A stretch of 64,000 nt of DNA from Phoronis australis (taxonomy: Eukaryota; Animalia; Phoronida), in contig NMRA01000608.1 in the NCBI GenBank assembly GCA_002633005.1, forward strand, positions 153,067 to 217,066. The letters run 5' to 3'. Shown one piece after another: positions 11,733 to 25,600 of the stretch. How positions within the stretch are numbered: the first letter of the stretch is position 1; each line of letters opens with the position of its first letter. The notes beneath the pieces were generated by a model. It ran no database searches, had not been told where the DNA came from, and saw only the letters and a list, made by a program, of their open reading frames with translations. The position numbers and the translations under genes are program-made.

Positions 11733-13645
11733 AGTGTGCAAAACAATGCCAACACTAACAAGAATCATCGCAAACCTGAAACAAAACTTTATTGAGCTTA
11801 AATTTCTTAAAATGGACTTTTATAAGATTTGCAATATGCTATTTTGAATGTCCATTGGTCATATATAATTTTTAATGGACAGTCAATCGTATAGTTTTGA
11901 AAATACTACAACATCCAAGGATATTTAAGTAGTACCAGTCTTGCTGAACCTCATATAAAACTTGGCGCTGTTTGCGAACACATAAGTCAAGTTGGTACAC
12001 TTTGATGCTTTGAACACAGTTGAAGCGCATTATTAGAAGATGAAGATGTAGCTGATGGTAATAATTTACTTCATAGATTATCTAAATGTCACAGCTCAAG
12101 GGATATATTTTCGTGAATCTGCAGTGAGTGCAGGAATTCTAATAATAGAGCCTCTCTCACTCTACTCTACTGTAGTACTGAGCTGAGGTCTAATCTTAGC
12201 CTTTAGGGTTTTTGGCTTGTCGGCAGACAGTGCCACCTTCTCAAAACTCAACTAGCAGTAGGGACAGTGGCCATCTATTCTTGGCATTCACATTGCTCAT
12301 ATTCAGCAGGCATATAGGGTTGTATGCAATTACATCGCCCTGGATGCCGCAGGCATACAGTCGCGATGTACATCCCCATAAAAAGTTACCAATTTCAAAA
12401 TACAGGAAATAAAATCAAATGAAACATGCATATAAGCACATGGAGTTATAATTAACACATTCCATAACTCTGAAGACGATTCAGTCAAGGTAATTTGAAC
12501 AAATTGATGAAAAACTGTCGCGGTTTGCTCGAGTTTCTCTTACCAGGTGCCATTTTGAGGAAGTTACGTGAAATCACACATGTTGATGAATAAAAAGTCC
12601 AAGGGACACAAACATTACAAATTTCACCTGATACCTTCCCATGCAATTTTGCAAGTGTCATGCGCCAGCGTCACGCGCTTCGTTCAATCTCGCGTTAGCC
12701 TTTGCCTAACTCACGTGACATACTTTGTGGTTATCGCGCATGTGGTGAAAAAGTTATGGTGACCAAAAGAGTGAAGTTGGAATTCTTCGCCAAAGTCACC
12801 TTAATTCTTGTAGCTAGCTTCATCGAACATATGTGTAGAAGTAGAAAGGACCACTGAAGAAAGTTATTGCTTTTGTAAGTTTTAGTTTTAAGTGTGAAAT
12901 GTATTTTTGACAAGGTGAAAACTCCTAATCGGTGGCCGGATTTGGCCTACTGCCCGTTTGAAATACATGGGACGAAATTTGTACAGAAAGCATTGGGAAG
13001 TATTGTAGCCCCTAATAGGGACGATTGTATGCCCTTGTGAAAAGTTATTCATTTCAAAATACAGCGAATAATATCGAATGAAACATGGTGTCGTATTTCT
13101 ACAGGTTCACTATGTAACGGTGCTCGTTGTCAAATAAATCGTACAATTGTAGATTTTTTTAGAGGATTATTGCTGTCACCAATAGTTACATCTTTAATAA
13201 AACAATTACAATCTTAAAAATTTCTATCGGTACTAAGCAAACAATACATAATCACANACTACAGTGACAAGGCCTACAGGTTGATACTACAGTGAGTGTG
13301 GGGTGCTATACTTATGGTATAATACGTGCCTATTATGTAACTTGGCATTGGTCATATCTGATTAGTATGATGTAGGTAGTGATATAAGCAACTCATAAGG
13401 AGCTGTGTAACGATTACAAAACATACTTAATCTTAAAGATATCAGTGTTATCGGGATGGTTGCCAGTCGGCACCTCGACAAATTGGCATTCCCTTTCTCT
13501 GTGACTGACTTGACGCTGCTCGCGCGCATCCAATCTACCACACACAGCTGGATCGGCCGACCTCCGCGGCAGAACATAATCAAACGATATTCCTCTAGAT
13601 ATCGAAATAAATACTATTTTATCACCTTCTATAACAAAAACTCAC

Positions 13646-13744
13646 CTCACTGTAAAACTCATCAAACATTTCGTCCTTTTTTGACGGGTCATTCGTTGAA
13701 GTTTGCTCCTCATCCCTGGAGCTCGGGATCGCTGTGGAAGCCAT
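13646..13744 (-). CDS. DNAJC8: DNAJC8 exon 1, copy B
   Basis: Duplicate of 11634-11732 with a synonymous SNP. Confidence 0.75.
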
Positions 13745-14175
13745 AGTGTGCAAAACAATGCCAACACTAACAAGAATCATCGCAAACCTAAAACAAAACT
13801 TTATTGAGCTTAAATTTCTTAAAATGGACTTTTATAAGATTCACAATATGCTATTTTGAATGTCCATTGGTCATATATAATTTTTAATGGACAGTTAATC
13901 GTATAGTTTTGAAAATACTACAACATCCAAGGATATTTAAGTAGTACCAGTCCTGCTGAACCTCATATAAAACTTGGCGCTGTTTGCGAACACATAAGTC
14001 AAGTTTGGTACACTTTGATGCTTTGAACACAGTTGAAGCGCATTATTAGAAGATGAAGATGTAGCTGAGGGTAATAATTTACTTCATAGATTATCTAAAT
14101 GTCACAGCTCAAGGGATATATTTTCGTGAATCTGCAGTGAGTGCAGGAATTCTAATAATAGAGCCTCTCTCACTC

Positions 14176-16889
14176 TAGGGAGGACAGCATTTTTCAAAAA
14201 TTTTATAAAATGTGCATGTAATATACATCATTAGAAAGCTCTTTTCGAGACTAAAATAACGATAGTAAAATTTTTTAAATTGGACTTATGGTTCCGGAGA
14301 AAATGTCATTTTCGTGTCAAAATTTTTGGTAAAAATTCTGTCAAATCGAATCTGCGAGTTCAAAATATTATTTCAAAACTAAGAAACGTAAATAGACATG
14401 TAATACATCATTTTAAAGAACTTTTTATGATGAATAATCTGCCAAAAAAACCATTTCGATTAGACGTTCCTGTGCGAAGATATTGACCTTAAAGTCAACA
14501 CAGCCGACAAAGAGAAGTCACTACGTACAATTTTGCGATTTCGAATTTTCATAAAATAACAATTACTCCAGGAAAAAAAACAAATAAGGTATCATTTTAA
14601 AGATTTTTTATCAGGAAAGTTGAAACTTGATAATTGGTTGAGCAAATTATTAATATTATTTGTGATATTGTTTTTAACAATCATGCTGTTTGCAACCGGC
14701 TTAACTTTGTCACTCAATTACATTAAGTAAAAATCAAAGATAAACAAACATCATTTCAAAAATGTATTGATGACAAGTATGATATATAGAACATTTTAAT
14801 ACAAGCTTCTGAAAGACATATAATAAATAAAACTTTTACATAAACTTTCCACAACAATGTAATAAAATGAAGACCCTGTCATGAGCCATCCAGGAATGTT
14901 CATGCTATAAAACCAACAACTGGAATATTCATAATCCTAAAATTGTCTCAAGTGATATGAACACAAAAAAGAATTTATGATGGACAGATAAATAAAGTTC
15001 TCAAGGCATCCTCAAGGAAGGAGGGGCCAAACCCTTTCTGTGACAATTGGCAGTGGAGTACCTTCCAGTAAACAGACGCTCAGTGGAGTTCCTTACACAG
15101 ACCTGTGGTATCCTCAAGGAAGGGGGCCAAACCCTTTCTGACTATCATAAGGCATTGGAGTATCTACTATGCAACACTGAGTTATTCCAGCACTTCGAAG
15201 TCCCTTTGACCAAAGTCATCAATCAGCCGAAAGGAGTAGATAGCCTCATCTTCGTTGTAATGGATATTAAACCAAGACAGATATCCGAGGACCTGAAAGA
15301 ATACTATAATTCATAATTATTTGAACAGTGTTATGCGAAAATGTTACCCTACTTGGAAATTATGCACATTTTAACAAAGGTGACATAATACTATTAAACT
15401 ACAAGGTTGTGAAAAGAAAAAAGAAATAGCTAGATAGGTCATGTCAGTATTTGTCTGACAGTGTCTTAAGAGGTGGTGTTGGCATATGGTACTTCTTCGC
15501 GGACTCCTCAACAGCATCAGGAGCTGAAAAGCACAGTCCGATAGGTGGAGGGGAGAGCCAAAATGAAGGAGGCTTTGACCGTTTGTCTATGAGATCATGT
15601 CCAACTGAATAACTGATAAAATGCAAGTAGAATCAGTAGAAGCAGGAAAGTAGAAGGATCTGGACCAAGAGCTAGAAGCAGAGTCTGTTGAGAAAGAAAT
15701 GTGAGACATGATGAAGATAGAAACTCAAAACAGGAGTGAAATTATAAGAACAAAAATAATGAAGAAAATAACAACTGGTTTGGTCCACAGTAAATTCCAA
15801 CAAAGCTTACCTGGAGGATAAAGATCAGGGTGAGATTTATGAACAGTCTAGGCAAACCTCAATTGTTCCGTTAAAAACTATATATACTGGCCCGTGGTCA
15901 GAAAAAAAGTTTATCGAAAGCATGTATGTTTCAAAGTAGTGGACCACAAAGTCTTGGAAACACAGGACTGCAGTAGAACTGTACATTTGTAATATTTGTT
16001 TAATCTAAAATTAAAACATTTTCATTTTCTATCTTGACATATTCTGAATAAAATGTCATGACCAACAAGGCAAGATGGGTGTGGACTTCTCTGGCAGCAA
16101 GCCAACCCAAGTCTATCAGTGGCTTGACCAACAAAAATGTGAAACAAAATAGTAAAAAAAAACTTAAATATAAGAATCATTGTTCTCACTACGAGAAATG
16201 ACTGTTTAGTTCTCTTTTACATTGAGTTTTCATCAGCAAAAGTTGAAGTGCTTCAGTATTGTAAACCAAACATTCAACGCGATTCACAGGACCACCCCTA
16301 GCGGCAGTACCCGGAACTACGAAGTGAGTCAGAAATTCGCCCGATTGTCAGAAATTGACGAAATGTTCGTTTAGAACAAGTGTTTGAAATAGTTCATTAA
16401 TGAACCCTTTAGTGCGGAATACAGTTCATTACATTCGCAAATTATTCTATATACCAATAAATTCAGCTCGAAGTTGAAGGTCGCGGGAACAGGCGACTTT
16501 TTCAACTTTTAAGTGCAGGAAAGTGAAAACTACTTACATAATCGTGTTCGCAAGGCTCCCTTTTGTTCTTTCACGAAGTTTCACATAAAAATTCGCGAGT
16601 TTAGTCTTCTCCTGGGTTGAAAACCAAATAGTACTCATTTTTACCGGCATCCATTTTGGTCTGAAAAATCGGTCACGTCCCTGCAAAAAACTCGTGCAAA
16701 GTATTATTAAACAAATTTTGCGACAAAAAAGATTATCAGATAAGTAAAACAATATATTTTTTCACAGTTTGCAATAATTTTTATTCACATTTGTTACATT
16801 TTTGAGTTATTTTTTGCCGATTGTAGTGAGCGAATTTAACACGGTGACAGATACGCGAAGCGATTCGCTGAAGAATGCTGTCCTCGCTA
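14176..16889. mobile_element. Non-autonomous TIR DNA transposon, Academ-like (TAG...CTA termini, 4-bp TSD ACTC), polymorphic insertion
   Basis: Left end TAGGGAGGACAGCATT and right end AATGCTGTCCTCGCTA; ACTC at 14172-14175 and 16890-16893; empty site near 12159-12165 in the other copy. Confidence 0.85.
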
Positions 16890-18551
16890 ACTCTACTCTA
16901 CTGAGCTGAGGTCTAATCTTAGCCTTTAGGGTTTTAGGCTTGTCGGTAGACAGTGCCACTTTCTCAAAACTCAACTAGCAGTAGGGACAGTGGCCATCTA
17001 TTCTTGGCATTCACATTGCTCATATTCAGCAGGCATATAGGGTTGTATGCAATTACATCGCCCTGGATGCCGCAGGCATACAGTCGCGATGTACATCCTC
17101 ACAAAAAGTTACCAATTTCAAAATACAGGAAATAAAATCAAATGAAACATGCATATAAGCACATGGAGTTATAATTAACACATTCCATAACTCTGAAGAC
17201 GATTCAGTCAAGGTAATTTGAACAAATTGATGAAAAACTGTCGCGGTTTGCTCGAGTTTCTCTTACCAGGTGCCATTTTGAGGAAGTTACGTGAAATCAC
17301 ACATGTTGATGAATAAAAAGTCCAAGGGACACAAATCTTACAAATTTCACCTGATACCTTCCCATGCAATTTTGCAAGTGTCATGCGCCAGCGTCACGCG
17401 CTTCGCTCAATCTCGCGTTAGCCTTTGCCTAACTCACGTGACATACTTTGTGGTTATCGCGCATGTGGTGAAAAAGTTATGGTGACCAAAAAAGTGAAGT
17501 TGGAATTCTTCGCCAAAGTCACCTTAATTCTCGTAACTAGCTTCATCGAACATATGTGTAGAAGTAGAAAGGACCACTGAAGAAAGTTATTGCTTTTGTA
17601 AGTTATAGTTTTAAGTGTGAAATGTATTTTTGACAAGGTGAAAACTCCTAATCGGTGGCCGGATTTGGCCTACTGCCCGTTTGAAATACATGGGACGAAA
17701 TTTGTACAGAAAGCGTTGGGAAGTCTTGTAGCCCCTAATAGGGGCGATTGTATGCCCTTGTGAAAAGTTATTCATTTCAAAATACAGCGAATAATATCGA
17801 ATGAAACATGCTGTCATATTTCTACAGGTTCACTATGTAACGGTGCTCGTTGTCAAATAAATCGTACAATTGTAGATTTTTTAGAGGATTATTGCTGTCA
17901 CCAATAGTTACACCTTTAATAAAACAATTACAATCTTAAAACTTTCTATCAGTACTAAGCAAACAATACATAATCACAGCAAATGACAAATTAATCATCA
18001 AATTACACAGCAAAAGTGATACAGAATTCCATTAAATCAACAGAAATTCACCACATGTACACCATCATAGCACACCTTATCTATTTACAATAAATCTGAC
18101 AAAAAATAATGTCATTAAAGCTAACACTCTTCCTAGAGTAAATTAAATTAGTTATTCTGCTGCTAAATTTTTGTAGTGACTTTATGCTTTGACTTTCAGC
18201 GCCATGAAATAAGATTGTCACCTATTGGCCAATTTCTTTTTTCATTGACTCTTCAAAAAGGCTGCGTACAGTTTACTACAAATTATTGGAATTGGTTTTT
18301 AGAGTTTTAGCACCAGCAAACCGAATTTCTGAGCAATTTTCCTTTGGTGAAGTTGTCATCACTTCCCAAAAGATGTCGCAAAATAGCAAACAGTACATGG
18401 GCGTCAACTTGAAAACAATACGTTCATTTCGAATTAACAAAGGACTTCTCTGCAAAATGCAAAACCATGGTGACTACAGCAATAAAATTCCATTTATCGT
18501 TGCAGCTGCTTTTTCATTGGAATTCTGAAACTTTATTTTCTGGTTTTATCT

Positions 18552-18772
18552 GGACCTATAGTTAGGTACAAGTGAAGCAAGGTACTTGTACCTATAGTTA
18601 GGTACAAGTGAAGCAAGGTACTTGGACCTATAGTTAGGTACAAGTGAAGCAAGGTACGTGGACCTATAGTTAGGTACAAGTGAAGCAAGGTACGTGGACC
18701 TATAGTTAGGTACAAGTGAAGCAAGGTACGTGGACCTGTAGTTAGGTACAAGTGAAGCAAGGTACGTGGACC
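18552..18772. repeat. 36-bp tandem repeat, about 6 copies
   Basis: Unit GGACCTATAGTTAGGTACAAGTGAAGCAAGGTAC(T/G)T; only one unit in the duplicated copy near 18917-18955. Confidence 0.9.
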
Positions 18773-19169
18773 NTTGAAAACAATACGTTCATTTCGAATT
18801 AACAAAGGACTTCTCTGCAAAATGCAAAACCATGGTGACTACAGCAATAGAATTCGATTTATCATTGCAGCTGCTTTTTCATTGGAATTCTGAAACTTTA
18901 TTTTCTGGTTTTATCTGGACCTATAGTTAGGTACAAGTGAAGCAAGGTACTTGTACATAATGCTTGAACTTTATTGACATCTTATTAATTTAATAATTTT
19001 TCAAGAAAAAAACTCCCTGGAAAAATGACAGTATTCCATCCGAAAGTGCCGGTTTCAGGTCGGTGTTGTCAGTACCAAGTTGACTCTTCATTTGATAGGT
19101 TAATATTTTTCATAAGGTTTTTGATGCTGGGTATTCTCACTGACTAAAGCTCTCTTCGGATTGTGAAGA

Positions 19170-19289
19170 TATTATCAGGTAGATTATAACCCAGGACGCC
19201 TCCAGCTTACCATCTGAGGCATGTATTATTATCAGGTAGATTATAACCCAGGACGCCTCCAGCTTACCACCTAAGGCATGTATTATCAA
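19170..19289. repeat. 57-bp tandem duplication
   Basis: TATTATCAGGTAGATTATAACCCAGGACGCCTCCAGCTTACCA... at 19170 and 19227. Confidence 0.85.
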
Positions 19290-19416
19290 GTTGGGTTTTC
19301 CCCTTGTCTCTGCAGTTGTAGAGACTTCTACACTAGGTTTAGCATTACAAGTGTTTTCAAATTGTTCATTGGTAATCTTTACTATTTGTTGCAGTGTAGA
19401 TCGATGTGACCCAGCA

Positions 19417-19479
19417 ATGCCTAAGAAGGTCTTGTCCAGCAAAGACCTGGATGCGCAGTTTGATGCTTTTCTTAAAGAG
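19417..19479 (+). CDS. CEP162: First coding exon of a CEP162-like gene (rest not identified in window)
   Basis: Acceptor ttgttgcag at 19394, then MPKKVLSSKDLDAQFDAFLKE and GT donor; resembles the CEP162 N-terminus (ELDEEFEQFMKE) from memory. Confidence 0.55.
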
Positions 19480-19642
19480 GTAATTAACATTTGGCATAGG
19501 GTAAAGACAAACTACTAGGTTAAAGGCTGCATTTCACCCTGTTTGTTGAGTAGAAATGAAAATCAAGTTAGGCCTTTTACTGTCATCAAATCAGTCTCGT
19601 AGTATTCCTTGCCATGATGGCTCATTACCAAATTGAGTCACA

Positions 19643-22600
19643 TAGACCGGGATCCCAGAGCTTTTTTGGGCATGAAAAGGTAACCAACTTTCTTTGGTGC
19701 CACAGTGCTCTGTGGGTATCCTGATGCTTGGAAATGGCCGTCTGGCAAGTTCGCTCTGGTGGGTGTGGTCAGGGGAGCCAAGAGAATGACACTCGAAAAT
19801 TGAGCTAGATCAACTTTTCTGGTAACCACTTCAAACTGCCTTGGATACCTACTACGTAATCCACTGTATCAAAATTGGCCACTGCCAGACAATTTCAGTG
19901 GTGGGGACTACCCGCCAGACGAACATATACAGGGTACAAAAATTGAGCTAGATCAATCCAAGAGGTAACCGCTTNATACCGCAGCAACTTGAACTGTTTT
20001 ACCGAACACTTCTCGGTGGCATTACAACATCAAACTCTCAAAGAGAATCCATTGACCGCAAAGTGACCGCAATGGCATCTGACGCCATTTACAACGTTAC
20101 CCGTGGTAATGTGAGGCCGTGGAAGCACACGTCCCTGGGACTTGGTCTGTCTTCTCTGTCAGGTTCAAAACTGTCTTTGCAGATTCTAAACAGAGCAGGA
20201 CATTCCATTTGCTATAAGGAAAGCAAAGGCCTTGAGACTGAGTTTGCGTATTCCATAGAGTCGTATGAACGCGAAGCACCGGGTGGTATTCGACTCTTTC
20301 CAAATCTAGCCACAGCCTCTGTTTGGGATAATAATGACGCACACGTCGAAGCATTAGATGGCATGTCAACACTGCCCGCAACTGTTGATCATAGCTACCA
20401 GAATGTGGTGGAAGAAGAAAGGGAAGATGCTTCTGCTGCACTGTTGTTTCGAGAAGGAAGGAATCGTCGACAGTTTGTGGGGGTAGAGCGGGAAGTGCGG
20501 CCATTCAGAAAATCTTTTAAGGACGTTACTTTGTCAAATATCAACATGAACTCTGCTCAAACACGTGACAATCTTGTCAGAGGCACTGAAGTAAACTGCA
20601 AGAATATACAGCTCAACTTGTTGGATTTCTACTGGTTTTTGAAACTAAGGGAAGGTAACACTCCACTGCATGCTGGATTTAAAGCAGTTACATACGGGAC
20701 CCATTGCCTCGTCAAAGGATCTGTTACATGGACCCCATTTCAAAATCACCAACCAACAACAATGTTGTTTAAAAAACTATGATCCGCACGATGTATGTAG
20801 CCAGAGAGGCTGGGCAAGACTACGCAGTTGTCACATATGACTTGGCTGTTGCTTTAAAAGCCTACGCAATACAAGAACTTGAAAGACCATTGTTTGATAA
20901 GCTGCTGATAATACGCAGGTGGCTTTTTATGGAGCTGTGGGAACCATGGTAAATGGAAGTGGCATAGAGTTCCTTCTTTCAGAGACTGGTATCTTAGCAG
21001 AAGGGTCTATGATGGGCTTCATTAAAGGAAAATTCTATAAAGGTGCACTCGGGTTCACTAGCTTCTTGCTAAAGTTTTGGAGGGCAAGATGTACCAAAAA
21101 TTTCTGCATGACTTGGCTCCGGAAGAATATAAATCGTTCCTTACGGTTATGACCGCAGTCCCTTCAGATCCAGAACAAATAGAGGCAAACCTTGATGATC
21201 CTGTAATTACTCAGCACCTCCATAAGTATGAACAAGATTTCTTTCACACAGTGATTAATGGCAAATATGGCAAAACTGCTCAGTTTTGGGCAACCTACAT
21301 CTTTCTCATAAANGAGTTTGCGTATTCCATAGAGTCGTATGAACGCGAAGCACCGGGTGGTATTCGACTCTTTCCAAATCTAGCCACTGCCTCTGTTTGG
21401 GATGATAATGACGCACACGTCGAAGCATTAGATGGCATGTCAACACTGCCCGCAACTGTTGATCATAGCTACCAGAATGTGGTGGAAGAAGAAAAGGAAG
21501 ATGCTTCTGCTGCACTGTTGTTTCGAGAAGGAAGGAATCGTCGACAGTTTGTGGGGGTAGAGCGGAAAGTGCGGCCATTCAGAAAATCTCTTAAGGACGT
21601 TACTTTTTCAAATACCAACATGAACTCTGCTCAAACACGTGACAATCTTGTCAGAGGCACTGAAGTAAACTGCAAGAACATACAGCTCAACTTGTTGGAT
21701 CTCTACTGTTTTTTGAAACTAAGGGAAGGTAACACTCCACTGCATGCTGGATTTAAAGCAGTTACATACGGGACCCCTTGCCTCGTCAAAGGATCTGTTA
21801 CATGGACCCCACTTCAAAATCACCAACCAACAACAATGTTGTTTAAGAAACTATGATCCGCACAATGTTTGTAGCTAGAGAGACTGGGCAAGACTACGCA
21901 GTTGTCACATATGACTTAGCAGTTGCTTTAAAAGCCTACGCAATACAAGAACTTGAAAGACCATTGTTTGATAAGCTGCTGATAATACGCAGCTGGATTT
22001 TTATGGAGCTGTGGGAACCATGATAAATGGAAGTGGCATAGAGTTCCTACTTTCAGAGACTGGTATCTTGGCAGAAGGGTCTATGATGGGCTTCATTAAA
22101 GGAAAATTCTACAACAAGTGCACTCGGGTTCACGAGCTTCTTGCTAATGTTTTGGAGGGCAAGATGTACCAAAAATTTCTGCATGACTTGGCTCCGGAGG
22201 AATATGAATCGTTCCTTACGGTTATGACCGCAGTCCCTTCAGATCCAGAACAAATAGAGGTAAACCTTAATGATCCTGTAATTACTCAGCACCTCCATAA
22301 GTATGAACAAGATTTCTTTCACACAGTGATTAATGGCAAATATGGCAAAACTACTCAGTTTTGGGCAACCTACATCTTTCTCATAAACCGTGCGCACAGA
22401 GATGCGTCAAGACAAATGACATCAGTGGTTATATCAACATTTTCCCGACAATGCTAGAGGTATTCTTTGCCCTGAACCGCCCAAACTACGCCAGATGGGG
22501 AACGTTGTTTTAATTGAAATTTGCAGACCCACAATTGCGCGAAGTGCTGGAAAACGGAGCGTTTTCAGTGCGACGTACTAGGGACAACTTCAGTAGATCG

Positions 22601-25600
22601 GCTGTTGACCTCTCTTTGGAACAGTCCGTTAACAGGGATGCAGCATCGAGCATGACAGGGATAATGGCTTTCCGCAACTCAGAGAATGCAATGCGTCGAT
22701 GGTTCCTCTCTATGACACAAAGGGCAATGGCTGTAACTGAACTTAGANTCGTCAAAACGGAAAAGTCTGCTTTGCTGAAAAAAATTGAATTGTTCCAGAC
22801 AGAACCTATAACAGATGGAGATTTTCTACACGACTACGTGAAGGTATTTGATGGCGGACTTCTTCTACATTCAGTCATCTCACAGACGAGAATAGGTGCA
22901 ACTTACGAATCAGTTGCACGATCGATGTTATCGGTGGTTTGTTCGGGGAGGGCAGAGGAAGCACACTTGTGTCTAGACAAGTACGTAGAAAACTCAATTA
23001 AGGACAGTGAACGGAAACATCGCGGGGACTTTAATTCCATGTATGCCATAACAGGCATACTATGCAACGGAGCTCACAAACACTTCTGAACAACAGCGCG
23101 TTCAAGAATGAACTGGCGAAGTTCCTTTTGACGGAATGGAGAAAAGACAATTATTGGCATATGTTTCATGGGAAAACCTTATTTGTTTCCCACGGTGGTG
23201 ACTGCTACCAGTTCTTTACCGACAATAACCAGCAAATCATGGTGACAAAGCCTGCCCATCTCCAAGGTGACCACGAGGAAGCGGATACGCTGATTGCGTT
23301 CTACGTCGCAAACATTCCAATCGGTTATGTTATGGTAAGGGCTTCAGATACAGATGTTTTAGTAATCTTGCTTGGTACGCTCGGACAACAGCGGCGAGAA
23401 ATAAGGTCCACGACCAATGTTGTCGTGGACTGTGGGATGGGAAATAACATAAGAGTTATCAACATTTCCGACATAGCAAACGTTCTTGAAGAGCGCAAGT
23501 ATGGACTTGGCAGAGCAATGCCTGGATATACCATGCCTTCACTGAATGTGACTACACGTCTGCCTTTTATAGGAATGTTATCGAAATCTTGATTATTGCA
23601 GTAGTGACAAGAATTGAATGAATTCGATTACAGTGAGGAGAATTGATTGAATTCGATTAGCTGTGATTACGTCTGCCATGTAAATGAAGTCTAAGCAACG
23701 TATTATGGTTGCCTCCTTTAAATAAAAAAGGTTTCTATTATGAATTAGTTTTACACGTCATTCCTTATTTTTCAGAAAAGGCAAAATCAAGCCCTTGGAC
23801 ATTGCTGAAAGTGATGAAAGGTTCATCAATATGTTCGCTAATTTTGGAAATGTGCATGGCAGCATCGATGTCGATTTAGTCGCTGAATTCGTATGTCACA
23901 TGTACGCAAAAAGTAAGCTCAAAGATGTTAACGAGGCCCGTTTCGTCAAACTTATGGACATGACTGGCAAAGTTGCTGAGGTATGTAGTGATAACCTGTA
24001 AATAATATAAATATTCGATTTGATAATGTTTAACTACCTTCAAAGTCAGCTATGCTTATATTTTTTAATTTCCTTTCAGGAGAATCCACTTGCAAATGTA
24101 AAACGAATTGACTATGCGTTGCTCCCGCCATGTCTCCGTAGCCTGGAGATGAAGATTTGCCGAACTCAGTACGTCACAGCGCTATGGACCAGTGCCGCGA
24201 CAGCATATCCTGGGGATGGACTGACACCAACTGATTATGGTTGGCATGCAACTGAAACTCACACACTTCTGCCAGTTTGGTTTGAGGGGTCCATTCTCCC
24301 TGACATTTTGTTCATTTCGAATGCAGAAGTCAACAACAGTAACCTTGGGAATGAAGCAACCAGCAATAGAGATAGTTCTTTTGAAGAACTGACAGATTCC
24401 GAAGATGATCCATGGAGTGAAGACTCCGACTCTGATGAAGAGGATTAATTACGGCACTTTGGATTTGACTAAAACATGCACAGTGAATAAGTTGGCTCAT
24501 TGGAATGAGATGAATATTGGTTATAGCAATAAGTCTCCTTTTATATTTTTGTGTTTGTTACTCATGTATGGTGTTCTCCAAAAAGAATGAACAGACCTTT
24601 ATGGCACCTGACATTTGGTTCATANNNNNNNNNNNNNNNNNNNNNNNNNNNNNNNNNNNNNNNNNNNNNNNNNNNNNNNNNNNNNNNNNNNNNNNNNNNN
24701 NNNNNNNNNNNNNNNNNNNNNNNNNNNNNNNNNNNNNNNNNNNNNNNNNNNNNNNNNNNNNNNNNNNNNNNNNNNNNNNNNNNNNNNNNNNNNNNNNNNN
24801 NNNNNNNNNNNNNNNNNNNNNNNNNNNNNNNNNNNNNNNNNNNNNNNNNNNNNNNNNNNNNNNNNNNNNNNNNNNNNNNNNNNNNNNNNNNNNNNNNNNN
24901 NNNNNNNNNNNNNNNNNNNNNNNNNNNNNNNNNNNNNNNNNNNNNNNNNNNNNNNNNNNNNNNNNNNNNNNNNNNNNNNNNNNNNNNNNNNNNNNNNNNN
25001 NNNNNNNNNNNNNNNNNNNNNNNNNNNNNNNNNNNNNNNNNNNNNNNNNNNNNNNNNNNNNNNNNNNNNNNNNNNNNNNNNNNNNNNNNNNNNNNNNNNN
25101 NNNNNNNNNNNNNNNNNNNNNNNNNNNNNNNNNNNNNNNNNNNNNNNNNNNNNNNNNNNNNNNNNNNNNNNNNNNNNNNNNNNNNNNNNNNNNNNNNNNN
25201 NNNNNNNNNNNNNNNNNNNNNNNNNNNNNNNNNNNNNNNNNNNNNNNNNNNNNNNNNNNNNNNNNNNNNNNNNNNNNNNNNNNNNNNNNNNNNNNNNNNN
25301 NNNNNNNNNNNNNNNNNNNNNNNNNNNNNNNNNNNNNNNNNNNNNNNNNNNNNNNNNNNNNNNNNNNNNNNNNNNNNNNNNNNNNNNNNNNNNNNNNNNN
25401 NNNNNNNNNNNNNNNNNNNNNNNNNNNNNNNNNNNNNNNNNNNNNNNNNNNNNNNNNNNNNNNNNNNNNNNNNNNNNNNNNNNNNNNNNNNNNNNNNNNN
25501 NNNNNNNNNNNNNNNNNNNNNNNNNNNNNNNNNNNNNNNNNNNNNNNNNNNNNNNNNNNNNNNNNNNNNNNNNNNNNNNNNNNNNNNNNNNNNNGGTGAA

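Larger units (their letters stand above)
11258..17978. repeat. Near-identical duplication (11258-13256 vs 13258-17978) split by a single N; probable haplotypes
   Basis: Shared sequence including DNAJC8 exon 1. The second copy carries a 2.7 kb insertion. Confidence 0.85.

Noticed and set aside
11474-11734. Plus-strand ORFs (also 13456-13746)
   Set aside because: Antisense shadow of DNAJC8 exon 1 and intron 1, with non-ATG or unsupported starts.
18533-18820. CRISPR-like 36-bp repeats / repetitive ORF
   Set aside because: The units are contiguous with no spacers, there are no cas genes, and the context is eukaryotic.
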